A stretch of DNA of 64,000 nt from Eledone cirrhosa (GCA_964016885.1 OZ024740.1:263500001-263564000), one strand, 5' to 3'. Positions 1 to 15,649 are shown, counted from the first letter of the stretch. Program-made: numbers and translations. Notes: generated by a model not told the origin, from the sequence alone.

Positions 1-266
1 TATATATATATATATATATATATATATAGATAGATATATATATATTGATATATATATATATATATATTGCTATATATATACATATATTGATAAATATATA
101 TATACATATATTGATATATATATATATATATATATATACAGACATATATATATATAGATGTGCGTATGTATATATGTATATATATATATACATATATTGA
201 TATAAATATATATAAATATATTGATATGTATATATATATATATTGAGATATATATATATATATATT

Positions 267-630
267 TCGTTTCTGAATTTGTTTAGCAAGATTCTTTATC
301 TGAAATCGTGTGTTGAAACCGATATTGTTATACTTTGGGAGGGTCATGTTGCCAATAAGAAACACACGCACCAGTTGCTTTCACTTCAATTTAATTTATT
401 AAATATTTATAAATTTACAAATTTATAAATTCCTGGTTGGTTGGTTGGTTCCACAACCAGATAGTTGTTTATATATATATAGTCATAGTTCTTTCGTCAC
501 ACACTCTGTGACCTCTTCAGTGACTGGGGATTTCTTTCTTCGTTTCTGTGCCTTTCCTTTCTTCTATCCTACGCCATTTTGTTTGTGTGTGGGTTGCGTG
601 CTCAGTTTGCGCATGCGCCACATCCGGGTG
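267..630 (-). mobile_element. Short (TA)n-embedded Penelope-like/retrozyme-like element remnant with hammerhead motif
   Basis: Unique sequence bounded by TA runs. On the minus strand a hammerhead motif is followed by an AT-rich AATAAA segment and a tail. Its segment ggcaacatgaccctcccaaagtataacaata recurs at ~58703-58733 ending directly in (TA)n. Confidence 0.55.
481..525 (-). ncRNA. Minimal type I hammerhead ribozyme motif
   Basis: Minus strand AGTCA-CTGAAGA-G-GTCAC(agagtgt)GTGAC-GAAA-GAAC-TA-TGACT: 5-bp stem I, CUGANGA and GAAA cores, 5-bp stem II (one extra unpaired G), 1-bp stem III, UA cleavage site. Confidence 0.65.
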
Positions 631-1080
631 TATATATACATGTGTATGTATATATATATATGTTTATACATATATACATACACACATGTTAATATATATA
701 TGGTATATATATATATATATGTATACATATATATATATATATTTATATATATATATATATGTATACATATATATATATATATACCATATATATATTAACA
801 TGTGTGTATGTATATATGTATAAACATATATATATATACATACACATGTATATATACATATACAAAATATATATATATGTATTTATATATATATATTTAT
901 ATTGATATATATATATATATACATTTATATATATATATATAAATTGATATATAAATATATCAATATATATATCAATATACATATCAATATATATATATAT
1001 ATATAAATATATATATATAAATATATATATATAAATTTATATATATATATAGATATATATATATATATATATATATACAT

Positions 1081-1125
<45 letters not shown>

Positions 1126-1140
1126 TATATATATATAAAT

Positions 1141-1193
<53 letters not shown>

Positions 1194-1196
1194 AAT

Positions 1197-1485
<289 letters not shown>

Positions 1486-1559
1486 AATACATATATATAT
1501 ATATTTATATACATATATATATATATATATATATTTATAAATACATATATATATATATT

Positions 1560-1635
<76 letters not shown>

Positions 1636-1688
1636 TATACATATATATGTATATATATCAATTTAAATATATATATATATATAAATAA

Positions 1689-1719
<31 letters not shown>

Positions 1720-1754
1720 CATATATATATATAAATATATACATATATATGTAT

Positions 1755-1823
<69 letters not shown>

Positions 1824-1936
1824 TATGAATATATATATATGTCAATATATAAATATATATATATTGACATATATTGATATGTATCTATATATATACATAT
1901 ATATATATTGATATGTTTATATATATACATATATGC

Positions 1937-1971
<35 letters not shown>

Positions 1972-1988
1972 TACATATATATGTATAT

Positions 1989-2021
<33 letters not shown>

Positions 2022-2139
2022 TGAATATATATATATGTCAATATATAATTATATATATATTGATATATATTGATATGTATATATATATATACATATATAA
2101 ATATTGATATGTATATATATATACATATATGCATATATA

Positions 2140-2224
<85 letters not shown>

Positions 2225-2333
2225 ATATGTATATATATATACATATATGCATATATATATATATATATATATATGAATATATATATGTGTCTATAAATAT
2301 ATATACATATATATAAATATATATATATGTATA

Positions 2334-2391
<58 letters not shown>

Positions 2392-2507
2392 TACACATAA
2401 ATATAAATATATATATATGAATATATATGTATATAAATATATATGTATATATATGAATATATATATATATATATATATATGTATTAACATACATATATAT
2501 AAACATG

Positions 2508-2567
<60 letters not shown>

Positions 2568-2837
2568 TATATATATATACATAAATAATAAATATATATA
2601 TATAAATAAATATATATATATAAATATAAATATATGAATAAATATATATATATTTAAATAAATAAATAAATATATATAAATAAAAATATATAAATAGATA
2701 TAGATATATTTAAATAATATATATATGTGTAGATAAAAATATATGTGTATATTAAAATATACATATGAATAAATATATATATATATATATATACAAATAC
2801 ACACATACATATATATATATTCATATATATATATGTG

Positions 2838-2868
<31 letters not shown>

Positions 2869-4459
2869 ATATATATATAATATATCGATATAGATATATA
2901 GATATTTAGTTTATGTTTATTGCCGAAGAAAAAGAAACACTATAAATAGTAAGTTGTTATCTAACAATAATTGGTTAACGAGATCAAACCTTCTACTCAA
3001 ATATGCAGTTCAGGTAATTGTTGATCCTCATGTGTAGGATTATCAAGCGCAATCAAAGTTATAATTATGATTTCTGCTTTAGTCACAATGCCAGGAAAGT
3101 TAATGTTATTTGGCTGTAGCGTTATTGTATTGGCCCTTGGAAGTGAAAGCGATATGGTTTGAACTGATATCTTAAAACCTTGGATCAAGGATTAGCTAAA
3201 TTGCTCTTTTAATGAGAAAGAGATATAAATGATAAAATCGACACCAGACTTGTACTTTGTCTATCGATCTGTACTTTGTTTATCGACCTCGATATGATAA
3301 AATGCAAAGGTGACGTGATTTGATTCAGTGTGCAGAAAGCTGGAAGGGATACAACAAATTATTCTATCGAACATTCTAACTGCTCAACCAATTCGCCACT
3401 CAATGAATGATATACTATATTAATGGTTTCTGGCACAAAGCCAACAATTTTGGAGGAGAAAGTCGACGAAATCGAGCCTAGTGCATTACCGGTATTTTAT
3501 TTTATCAAATATATTGCAATATTAATACATTGTCTGGCTCATAACTACAGAGGTGTATCGAGTTTCTCCTGCTGTTGAATCTCATCAATCAAGTGTCCTA
3601 ATATAAGATGTAAGTTTATAGAAAGGAAGGTAGGCCTAGGAATTTCGGTGCGTGCGGTTATATATCTGTATAAATATATAAGTATATAAGTATATAAATA
3701 TATATATATATGTATAAATATATAAGTATATATATATAAATATATATATATGTATAAATATATAAATATATATATATGAATATATGTATATATATATAAA
3801 TATATAAATATATATATGAATATATATATATATATATAAATATATAAATATATATATGAATATATATATATATATAAATATATATATGAATATATATATA
3901 TATATAAATATATATATGAATATATATATATAAATATATATATATGAATATATATATATAAATATATATGAATATATATATATATATATAAATATATATT
4001 AATATATATATATATATAAATATATAAATATATATGAATATATATATATATAAATATATATTAATATAAATATATATAAATATATACATATATATATATA
4101 TCAATATATATTAATATATATATATATAAATAGAGAGAGAGAGGGAGAGTGAGAGAGAGAAAGAGAAATAGAGAGAGAGAGAAAGAGAGGGAAGTGGGAG
4201 ATTGAGAAATGTGTCAAGATGGATTAAAAAGCAAATAAATTAGAACATTTTCAAGATAATCACTGATAACTTTCTCATTAGTTTAGTTAATTAATTAATT
4301 TGTTGTCATTTTTTTCCATTCAGCTACTATTGTTGTTGTCAATGTTGTTGTTACCACTGGTTCTCTATCTATATTGGGATCTCAATACTGTACATAATGT
4401 GTTTAAATTGTTTCTTCTCTTCATGTCACAAGTTGCTTGTAGTTGTTGTTATTGTTGTT

Positions 4460-5936
4460 GAGATGGTGTTGTGGTTGTTGTTCAGATGTTGCTATACTTG
4501 TCATTGTTGTTGCTGAGATGGTTGTTGTTCAGATGTTGCTATACTTGTCATTGTTGTTGTTGAGATGGTGTTGTGGTTGTTGTTCAGATGATGCTATACC
4601 TGTCATTGTTGTTGTTGAGATGGTGTTGTGGTTGTTGTTCAGATGTTGCTGTACTTGTCATTGTTGTTGTTAGGATGGTGTTGTGGTTGTTGTTCAGATG
4701 CTGCCATACTTGTCATTGTTGTTGTTGAGATGGTGTTGTGGTTGTTGTTCAGATGTTGCTGTACTTGTCATTGTTGTTGCTGAGATGGTGTTGTGGTTGT
4801 TGTTCAGACGTTGTTATACTTGTCATTGTTGTTGTTGAGATGGTGTTGTGGTTGTTGTTCAGATGCTGCTATGTTTGTCATTGTTGTTGTTGAGATGGTG
4901 TTGTGGTTGTTGTTCAGAAGTTGTTATACTTGTCATTGTTGTTGTTGAGATGGTGTTGTGGTTGTTGTTCAGATGCTGCTATACTTGTCATTGTTGTTGT
5001 TGAGATGGTGTTGTGGTTGTTGTTCAGATGTTGTTATACTTGTCATTGTTGTTTTTGAGATGGTGTTGTGGTTGTTGTTCAGATGCTGCTATGTTTGTCA
5101 TTGTTGTTGTTGAGATGGTGTTGTGGTTGTTGTTCAGAAGTTGTTATACTTGTCAGTGTTGTTGTTGAGATGGTGTTGTGGTTGTTGTTCAGATGCTGCT
5201 ATGTTTGTCATTGTTGTTGTTGAGATGGTGTTGTGGTTGTTGTTCAGAAGTTGTTATACTTGTCATTGTTGTTGTTGAGATGGTGTTGTGGTTGTTGTTC
5301 AGATGTCGTTATACTTGTCATTGTTGTTGCTGAGATGGTGTTGTGGTTGTTGTTCAGATTTTGCTATACTTGTCATTGTTGTTGTTGAGATGGTGTTGTG
5401 GTTGTTGTTCAGATGTTGGTATACTTGTCATTGTTGTTGTTGAGATGGTGTTGTGGTTGTTGTTCAGATGTTGTTATACTTGTCATTGTTGTTGTTGAGA
5501 TGGTGTTGTGGTTGTTGTTCAGATGTTGCTATACTTGTCATTGTTGTTGTTGAGATGGTGTTGTGGTTGTTGTTCAGATGTTGTTATACTTGTCATTGTT
5601 GTTGTTGAGATGGTGTTGTGGTTGTTGTTCAGATGTTGCTATACTTGTCATTGTTGTTGTTGAGATGGTGTTGTGGTTGTTGTTCAGATGCTGCCATACT
5701 TGTCATTGTTGTTGTTGAGATGGTGTTGTGGTTGTTGTTCAGATGTTGCTATACTTGTCATTGTTGTTGTTGGGATGGTGTTGTGGTTGTTGTTCAGATG
5801 TTGGTATACTTGTCATTGTTGTTGTTGAGATGGTGTTGTGGTTGTTGTTCAGATGCTGCCATACTTGTCATTGTTGTTGTTGAGATGGTGTTGTGGTTGT
5901 TGTTCAGATGCTGCTGTACTTGTCATTGTTGTTGTT
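4460..5936. repeat. 55-bp minisatellite, about 27 units
   Basis: Unit gagatggtgttgtggttgttgttcagatgYtgYtatacttgtcattgttgttgtt. Unit starts at 4562, 4617, ... 5937 are 55 apart; one unit near 4515 has an 8-nt deletion. Confidence 0.95.
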
Positions 5937-6520
5937 GAGATGGTGTTGTGTTGTAGTTATTGTTCCCATGCTGCTGTATATGTTGTTGTTGTTGTTGTAG
6001 CTGTTATTGTTGTTGTAGCTGTAATTGTTGTTGTTGAGATGGTGTTGTGTTGTAGTTATTGTTCACATGCTGCTGTATATGTTGTTGTTGTTATTGTAGC
6101 TGTTATTGTTGTTGTAGTTGTTATTGTTGTTGTTGAGATGGTGTTGTGTTGTAGTTATTGTTCCCATGCTGCTGTATATGTTGTTGTTGTTGTAGATGTT
6201 ATTGTTGTTGTAGTTGTTATTGTTGTTGTTGAGATGGTGTTGTGTTGTAGTTATTGTTCCCATGCTGCTGTATATGTTGTTGTTCTTGTTGTAGCTGTTA
6301 TTGTTGTTGTAGCTGTAAGTTTTGTTGTTGAGATGGTGTTGTGTTGTAGTTATTGTTCCCATGCTGCTGTATATGTTGTTGTTGTTGTTGTAGCTGTTAT
6401 TGACGTTATTGTAATTGTTGTTGTTGAGATGGTGTTGTGTTGTACTTGTTGTACAGATGCTGCTGTGCATGTTGTTGTTGTTGTAGCTGTTATTGTTGTT
6501 ATTGTTGTTGTTGAAGCTAT
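5937..6520. repeat. 96-99-bp minisatellite (about 6 units) related to the 55-bp unit, decaying into (GTT)n-rich sequence
   Basis: Unit starts gagatggtgttgtgttgta at 5937, 6036, 6135, 6231, 6330 and 6426. Confidence 0.9.
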
Positions 6521-6901
6521 TATTGATGTTGTTGTAATTGCTATTATTGTTGTTGTAGCTTTTGTTGATGTTAGTGTTGTTGTTGTTGATGTAGTGTTGT
6601 AACTGTTACTGTTGTTGTTTACTGTTGAATCTGTTGTGATATTGTTACTCATGTTGTAATCGTTGTTGTAGCTTTTGTTGATGTTATTGTTGTTGTTGTT
6701 CTGGTTGAGATGATGTTGTAGGTGTTATTGTTGTTATGTTTGTTGTTGTGGTACTTGTTATTGTTCTTCTTCTTGATATAGTGCTGTAGCTGTTGTTGTA
6801 ATTGAATGGTGCTGTATATATTAGTATTGTTGTTGCTGTTGTTATTGTTGTTGAGGGCATTGTTGAAACTGATGGCGTTGTTATTATTTCTGGCTGTTGT
6901 A

Positions 6902-7092
6902 GGGCGGTGGATTGGCAGTATCGTTAGAGGGTCGGATGCCATGCTGAGCAGCATAGAGTTACGTCCCTTTATGATCATAGTTCAAATCCCACCGAGGTTA
7001 ACGTTGCCTTTCATCCTTACGGGGTCGATAAAATAAAGTACCAGTAATACACTTGGTAATTGCTGGCCTTGTGCCAAAACGTAGAAACAATT
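6902..7092 (+). mobile_element. tRNA-derived SINE, full length
   Basis: A-box-like tggcagtatcgttag, B-box gttcaaatc, core gcctttcatccttacggggtcgataaaataaagtaccag, 3' end gtagaaacaat; many copies in the window. Confidence 0.9.
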
Positions 7093-7098
7093 ATTATA

Positions 7099-7311
7099 CG
7101 GATTGGCCGTATCAGTAGAGAGTCGGACGCCATGCTTTCCAATATAGTTACGTGCCTTTACGGTCTGAGTTCAAATCCCGCCGCGGTTAAAGTTGCCTTT
7201 CATCCTTACGGGGTCGATAAAATAAAGTACCAGTAACATACTGAGGTCGATTTAATCGACTTTGCTATCCTCCTAAATTACTGGCCTTATGCCTATACTA
7301 GAAATCATTAT
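7099..7311 (+). mobile_element. tRNA-derived SINE, long-3' variant, tandem to the previous copy
   Basis: Same head and core plus the gtcgatttaatcgac hairpin segment. Confidence 0.88.
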
Positions 7312-8456
7312 TTGTGGCTGTTGTTGTTATTTGTTGTTGTTATTGTTGCTGCTGCTGATTGTTGTGGTCGTAGTCGTTAACATCATGATTGAACTGGTAA
7401 TATTGGAGTTGTTCTTGTTGTTGCTTGTGGTGGTGGTGGTGGTGTTGATGGTAATTGTCGTCGTGATAGTATGTGTGATGGTGGTGGTGTAGTTATTGTG
7501 GCCGTAGTCGTTATCGTCACCATCATGATTGTGATGGTAACGTTGAAGTTGTTATTGATATTGTTGTTGATGTTGTTCATAGTGATCGGGGTGATGTTGA
7601 TGTTGTCATGGTTGCTCTTGTTATTGGTATTCTTTGTATGTTGATTGAGTTAATGTCATTGGAGCTGTTACTACTATTGTTATTAGTGATGATAGTGGCG
7701 TTTGTTGTTATTGGTTGAACATGATAGAGACAAAACAACTTTCATCTAACGTGTTCCATCTACGCCCATACTATTTGTTATCTATGTGTTGATAAGGCAT
7801 GGCCACATTAACTAATGTGTCTTCATTGTGAGGGAGATATACTGCCATCTAATCAGTAAAGTTCAAGTCATGCCTCCCCTACTTTAAGTATATCTAGGAC
7901 TATATTAGTCAATGTGCACTTGCTTTTTCAATAAAGTTGTTTTTAGGTAGATCTCGCTATTATATTTAGCAATTGGAATGTGGGTGGTGTGGGTACATTT
8001 TAGAGTTGTTGTCAAGTTGTTATTTTTGTTTTGACTCATGTTTGCCATGATAGAAGAGAACTGTAATCATAGACGTTCCAGCCAAGGCCATCTCGTCTTT
8101 TTATTCCAGGCATAGCTGAATCCCGAGATATATTTTCCAATGTGTTTCATCAGTTATAAGACGTTTTGAGAGAAATTTGACTTATATTTGTAGCAGATCA
8201 TGCAACCACTTAGAGGCTTTCTATCTGATAGTAGTGATGGTGATGGAAATGACAGTTCTGGCGGTGGCGGTAGTGATTCTATTGGTGCTGTGTTTTTGTT
8301 GATGTAATGTATATACAATCACACAAGGACTAACACACACTCACACCAACAAACTCAGAGAATACATTTAAAACATGTACGACAAGTACACACGAACACA
8401 CATTCACATACACTTGCACATACACAAACATCCCATATTATTATAAGTAGACATAA

Positions 8457-8558
8457 TCCCACTGAGGTTAACTTTGCCTTTCATCCTTATGGGGTCGATA
8501 AAATAAAGTACCAGTAATGTACTGGGTAATTGCTGGCCTTGTGCCAAAAGTAGAAACA
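8457..8558 (+). mobile_element. 5'-truncated SINE with 20-bp target-site duplication
   Basis: attattataagtagacataa at 8437-8456 and 8559-8578 flanks the SINE 3' half. Confidence 0.92.
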
Positions 8559-8740
8559 ATTATTATAAGTAGACATAAGAATGAAAGACAAACACGCAGA
8601 TGTATACATAGAAACATTCTCAAAGTGTATTCAATCTAGACTTTAAGATAACTGGTGAAAGCAACAAACATCTTTCGATCTTCTACTTTCTCATTAGTGA
8701 AGCATATTTCATCCAGATGAGAACATTGAGTGTGATCAAC

Positions 8741-8745
8741 AGAGA

Positions 8746-8832
<87 letters not shown>
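8741..8832. repeat. (GA)n microsatellite
   Basis: Direct inspection. Confidence 0.95.
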
Positions 8833-8837
<5 letters not shown>

Positions 8838-9523
8838 AGTGACAATAGTTACACTGATTATGAGTATCAACAATATGGTAGTGTTTTAAGTGCTCTATAC
8901 AAATAGATATTTTGTATACTAATTTCAAATTAGATAGGATCTTACATATGTAATGTAGCAAATTGAAAAACCCCGATTTACTGAGTCTATCCACTCTGGT
9001 GGCGTTTAAAATCTGAAAATTTCAAACAAAGGAGATTACTTATATATAATGAATTAATCAACATTTTTGGAAAATATGGAAAATTCTGTTTAGTTCACAG
9101 GCATCGCCTAATAATCTATATAGACACCACATATTAACAGTGAGAGATGCAGACAGAGAGAGAGAGAGAGAGAGGGGGAGGGAGAGAGAGAGAAAGAGAG
9201 AGAGAGAGAGGTGGAGAAGAGAGTGAGAGCGAGAGAGAGACCAAAAGAGAAAGAGAGATCATATAATGGTATTTAAGCTGCTCGAGCACTTATAGGTGTG
9301 TTGTTCCGAAATGTGGTCATGAAACTGTCAGAAATAGCAGCCACACAGTTTTCGAGAAATTTTGAATAGTGTGGCAATACATAGATATTGCTTGAAAAAA
9401 TAATAGAATATTCGATAGGATAGGCATCGCTGGAATGGCTTCGATAACGAGTATGTTCAGTAAATTAAGGGTTACTCGGATTTTAACCAGAATTACAATA
9501 AAATAAACACATACATACACGCA

Positions 9524-9572
<49 letters not shown>

Positions 9573-9724
9573 TGCACACATGCCTATTATGTAAGAAAGA
9601 TAGTGTACGAGAATAAGAGACAAAGAGAGAGGTAGGAAGTGAAGAGGAAATAGAACGAGAAAAAGAGATGTAGAGAGATAGACTGAGTGAGGAGGAGACA
9701 GAAAGACAAAAGAGAGAGAAAAAC

Positions 9725-9756
<32 letters not shown>

Positions 9757-11187
9757 TGAGAGAAAGAGAGAGATAGAGAAAGATAAAGAGAAGAGGAAGA
9801 GAGAGAGATACAGAAACATTACATATCAAAGTGAAACAAGAGCAACATCTGCAACTGCAGTGTCGTTTACTGAAAATTTCGTAAGGCACGAAATAAGGCG
9901 GAGTTTAACAATTGGGAAGGCGGGGTCTGGAATTGACAGGGTAATAAGCCATGCCTTTCATACATAACATTATCGATGTAGCTGTACTGAAATGGCTTCA
10001 ACTGGGTATCGAAACCAGATATTCAGCTCCATTTGCCTACAGTGTAACCCCTTTTGATACCACACGCTCAAAACTGCCCATGCAAAAATCTTTTAAAATA
10101 ATTTGTTAAGTTAAGTTGCAAATATTTTAATAATGATATAATACATTATATTAGTAAATTCTTTTAAAATTATCATAGATTAATTCAAATACACTTTTAC
10201 TTTTATAAATATTGCAACGAAAGGTTTTACGTTATATTACTGGTTAGTGTGGATTTATGATCATAAGAATTATTTTACTTAGAATGGGGTGTAATGCTAC
10301 TAAAGACATCAACGATATTAATAGTTACGATTTGGTAAACTTAATTGTGAGGGACAAGTAAATAGAATACACATTCGATAACTGGAAACCAATATATTCA
10401 TAGAAATTACATAAGTCGACGCTGGTGACATAAAATGTAAAACATATTCTAGTAAGATTCGAACTCAAAATATCAATATATGCTGCTCCACCTCCTTAAT
10501 AACAAATATTAAAGTCTTTAACATAAGTATAAATGGCAAAAAACATTGACATAGCACAGAAATGAATAACATTGACCCCAGAAAGTGATAGTTATTTAAC
10601 CCATCCCTTCACACAGCGAAAGAATGAAAAGCAAATCAACGACACTAGAATTTAAACTAAAATGATCTCATGTTTTTTTTTTCTTCTATTTATGGAGCAA
10701 AAGTGTTTACACTTCGCAGTTAAATATTTCTGAAATGAATTCTTCTAAATGTAAAGTGTGGTAATTATATCTACATTAATTTCGCCTTAATCTTCAAATA
10801 TTCCATATGGTCTTCTTGTTGTATATAATTTTGGCTCTAATTTTTTATCATCGAATCATTTCGTTTCATAATAAAACTATGCACTGATGAAACAAAACGA
10901 ATAAGTGGAGAGCGGATCATTCGGTCATTGTTTACATGATGCTCCAGTGGACAGCAACAACAACAACAACAGCGGCAAATGTGGGTGATAGGAACACTCA
11001 ATTATTTCGATACTAGTAGATGATTAATCTCTAAAGACATGTAAGATAAAGCTGCGTTGTGAAACAAAACAAAACATGACGTTGAAGATAGGGAAGAGAA
11101 GGAAAAGAGGGACGGGTAGAATGTGAAGAAGAGAAGGAATGTGGGACGATAACCATATATATATCAATATATATCGATATACATAGG

Positions 11188-11219
<32 letters not shown>

Positions 11220-11739
11220 TGGGACGATGACCATATATATATCAATATAAATACATATATATATATATAATTATATATATTTATATATATACGTATATAT
11301 TATAATATTAAATCGAAGCCTCACCTGACAACATTTTTTAGATAGATGTGTGTGCCAAATAGTAATTTGATATGTTCCACCCTACCTCTCTCTGTCTCAC
11401 ACACTCGCAAATCACCAGTATGTGTGTGTGTTTGTCCCCGCGCGCTTTATGTATCTGCGCATGTGAATACCTGTGTGTTTTTGTGCAAAATTATGTATTG
11501 ACCTCTCAGTGAATATATACCTAATATGGAAGAATTAAGATCTGCCTTGTGAGTAGTATATGCCTCAATCTCCCTATGCTAACTTACCCCGTTTCTGATG
11601 AGTAACCTGTTATAACTTGTTGAATTGTATGGCAATTGTATGGCATTGAATTATTGATAGATGTTAAGGGCCGAAGTATTTGCTTGAGGTTTTTTTCTGT
11701 TCAGCTCTCCTGAGAGTTTTGTACTACTGTGAGGGTGTA

Positions 11740-12920
11740 TAAAGAACCAACAGGTAGATACTGCTATGCTTATAAAAGGTGTCTATAAGAATGTACTTCA
11801 ATTACTTGAATCATGAATTATGAAATATATCTATGTCCCTACCCTACTAACTCTCCCCCTCCTTCTATATATACATATATATATATATACATAAAAGACA
11901 GGAAATTCACGGAATCTTGCATTTTCAACTAATGAGTAATCTTTTGCTTTAATCCTACCCAACCATATTATCTTACTACCGGAGACTCAACGACTTGAAC
12001 CTCAATTTGCTTGTTGGTCTTCCATTGTCATGAGTGGTATGATGTTTCTCAACTTACTTTAAGGGAATTGCCACGTCCAGTAAAATACGGTGTTAGTTTT
12101 ATTTCTTTGTTTTTTGTTTTTTTTGCATCATGATTTTTTTGGCATCAGTAAAGATATTTGACTGCATAAATCGCAAAGCCATGAAAAAAGGATTGTTAAT
12201 ATAGCTTCCCCAAAATATCTATCCCAATCTTGCTTCTTCTTCACAACATGAATGTCGAAAAATGGTGCCACTCTTCTACAAAGGATAACTTTGATGTCAA
12301 TGCTGGAGAAATACAATCCACCAGCTTTATCGGCCTGGCGAGTGTGCGGTAGTATGCCTGCTAAACACCGACATATGCTGGACATCCGAGAGACGGAGAG
12401 TAACTTTCCAGTCACCAGAGTAACTTTCCAGTCAATGATGACTGAAAGGACCGTCACCTTTCACATGAAGCAGATACTGCTAAGAAGATCTAAGACTGTC
12501 TCAAATTAATGCAGCATAGAAAATAGGACATCTGAGGGGATATATATACGAATATGAAGTTCTAAGCTAGTTGTGGCACATTAGTTGCTGACCAATTTCT
12601 TATATGGCTTTGTCAGTTCAACAGGTTATAATGACGTCTCCCTATGTTAGGAATAGAGAATCAGACGAAAACAAAAACAAAGCGCTTATTTCCAGTGGTA
12701 AAAAATATGAAGTAATGTCAGCATGTTCGAGGTAGTCAATATCTCCTGCATTAAAGTCACGATTATGTACCAAATTATAACTGCTGGGTTTGTCTTGTGA
12801 AATCTAGACCATCGGCTGTCCGAAAAATACGCGTCCCTCTCAGGTGTTTGAAGGGAAGTAGAAGCAAAAAGTTCAATCAAGCACTGAGTTTCCAAGTTGT
12901 ATTTTAAGTAAATTTGTACA
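11740..12920 (+). mobile_element. Heavily decayed RTE-clade LINE reverse-transcriptase fragment
   Basis: Frameshifted + strand pieces in RTE RT order: FALILPNHIILLPETQ (~ARILLNRL..LPESQ), KIFDCINRKAM (~KAFDSVNR), FPKISIPILLLLHN, NFDVNAG, LTNFLYG (~LPTLLYG), AGFVL*NLDHRLSEK (~AGHVxRMxDxRLPK). Confidence 0.6.
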
Positions 12921-13068
12921 AATATGAATCCTAACTGAATATAAGCAAAGCTGGGGTTCACAAAAGTGAATATATATATATATAGATAGATATTTATATG
13001 GATGAATAGATAGATATATACATATATATGCCTGAGCAAACACACTCAAACACACACACACACACACA

Positions 13069-13116
<48 letters not shown>

Positions 13117-13144
13117 CGCACACACACACACACACACGCACGCG

Positions 13145-13177
<33 letters not shown>

Positions 13178-13734
13178 ACACACACACACACGCACACACA
13201 CACACACACACGCACGCACGCACATATATATATATATATATAATGATAAAGATATTGCATAAGTGTTGTTTATTAGTCCTCAATATATCCGTTTATTAAA
13301 AGAAGATTTGAAGAAGATAATTCGCAACAGAATATCATAGGTCATTGTTATGTTGCAATTTGGAAACATAAAAAAAATGGCAGCATACGAAGGAGAAGTG
13401 ATATAACTATTCCAAATTAATATCCTATGTTACACTGAAGAAAGAAATTTATACCGGAATATTACCGATTATTAAACAACTCCGAGTAACATTTCGACCA
13501 TTTCTTAAAATTATATTTAATATTTAATGTACTATTTGCATTATCGTATCATGATAGGTACACGATTGTATACATGTTACATAATGCATTTAGTAAACGG
13601 CAATATATAAACACACACACACACACACAAAAACGCACACACACATACAAACACACACACATACACCAATATATAAACACACACACACACAAACGCACAC
13701 ACGAACAAACACACACACATACAAACACACACAT

Positions 13735-13865
<131 letters not shown>

Positions 13866-14274
13866 ATTATCCCGGGTCCAATCGGAGGTAACAACAGTAA
13901 GTAAGGTACTCAATACAAAGTAGAGTATAAATATTTAATCTTAACCGGGGTACAGAGTACTTATTCACAAATATATATTATCTGTATATCATTGTACACA
14001 TATATATATCCATATCAATACATATATATTCACACAACACACACACACACATATATATATATGCATGTATATATATATGAATATGTATATGTATATATAT
14101 ATGTGTATATATGCATATATACATGTATATAGATATGTATATAAATAGGTATATATGTATATAAATATATATATATATGTATATAAATATGTATATTTAT
14201 ATGTATATAGATATGTATATGTATATAAATATGTATATTTATATGTATATAGATATGTATATGTATATAAATAG

Positions 14275-14306
<32 letters not shown>

Positions 14307-14551
14307 CTATTTATATGTATATATATATATATATGCATATGTATTCATATGTATTCATATGTATATATATATATATATATATATGTATTCATATGTATAT
14401 ATGTATATATATATATATATCTATATATATATATGTATTAATATATGTATATATATATGTACGTATATATACATATTTATATATATATATACATATATAT
14501 ACATATTTATATATATATATACATATATATACATATTTATATATACATATT

Positions 14552-14623
<72 letters not shown>

Positions 14624-14863
14624 CAATCTGAGTTTTTCGAATATTAATAATAACATTCGATCCGTTTGCAATTATGCAAATAAGCCTCAATTTTATAGCC
14701 ATGTAAGTAGAATGAACACTTCATTCTTGCTCTTGTGATGGCATGCGAACATACACATATATACACACATATATACACACATATATACATACACATATAT
14801 ACATACATATATATATAGATGTGTGTGTGTGTAAATATACTAATAGACACACAGAGACACCTA

Positions 14864-14894
<31 letters not shown>

Positions 14895-15133
14895 TTCTTT
14901 ATTTACCATAAAGGCATTATATATATATATATATATATATATATCGGCGATAAATATGCATAGGCATTCATCTGTGAGTGTGTGTGTGTGTGTGTGTGCG
15001 CCTGTGTATGCATGTGTTTATATGTGTTTATATGTGTGTATGTGTGTGTGTGGGTATGTATGTGTATGTGTGTGTGCCTGTGTGTGTGTTAATGTGTGTG
15101 TGTATGTGTGTGTATGTGTGTTTGTTTGTATAT

Positions 15134-15203
<70 letters not shown>

Positions 15204-15469
15204 TTGTGTTTGCACGCGTGAATATGCCGTATGACGTGAAGACGAATCGACCAAATGTCTATAAAACATGAAAGAGGAATATAGGAAAATTACCATAATG
15301 AAATGCACACACACATATAGGAAGACATGTTGTGGGGCTATGTGTATTCATATATATATATGTATGTGAGTAATTTATGCCTCCAAATATACATCTCTAT
15401 GTAAATATATTACATAATGTTATCACTATATACATATACACACACGCAAACGCACACACACACACACAG

Positions 15470-15507
<38 letters not shown>

Positions 15508-15649
15508 ACGCACAGACATATATGAATATGCTTACATATAATGTGGTTGATCGTGTGTCTATTCATGACCGCACTCGCACGTTCATTTGCATTATATGTA
15601 CATATATATATATATATGTACATATATATATATTTATATACATATAAAC

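Noticed and set aside
4460-5936. CRISPR-like regular array
   Set aside because: Eukaryotic context, no cas genes, and the variable part is only a few substitutions rather than unique spacers; it is a minisatellite. The same applies to 42131-42600.
5838-6602. 254-aa Val/Cys-rich ORF with CCSYCSH repeats
   Set aside because: Arises from GTT-based 96-99-bp units whose lengths are multiples of 3; GTG start and no splice or homology support.
6902-7092. tRNA gene (A/B boxes)
   Set aside because: No cloverleaf; the boxes belong to the head of a multi-copy SINE with TSDs.
12252-12509. 85-aa ORF, and the opposite-strand 109-aa ORF, as host exons
   Set aside because: They lie within a decayed RTE LINE fragment and show no similarity to the expected remaining KCTD BTB sequence.
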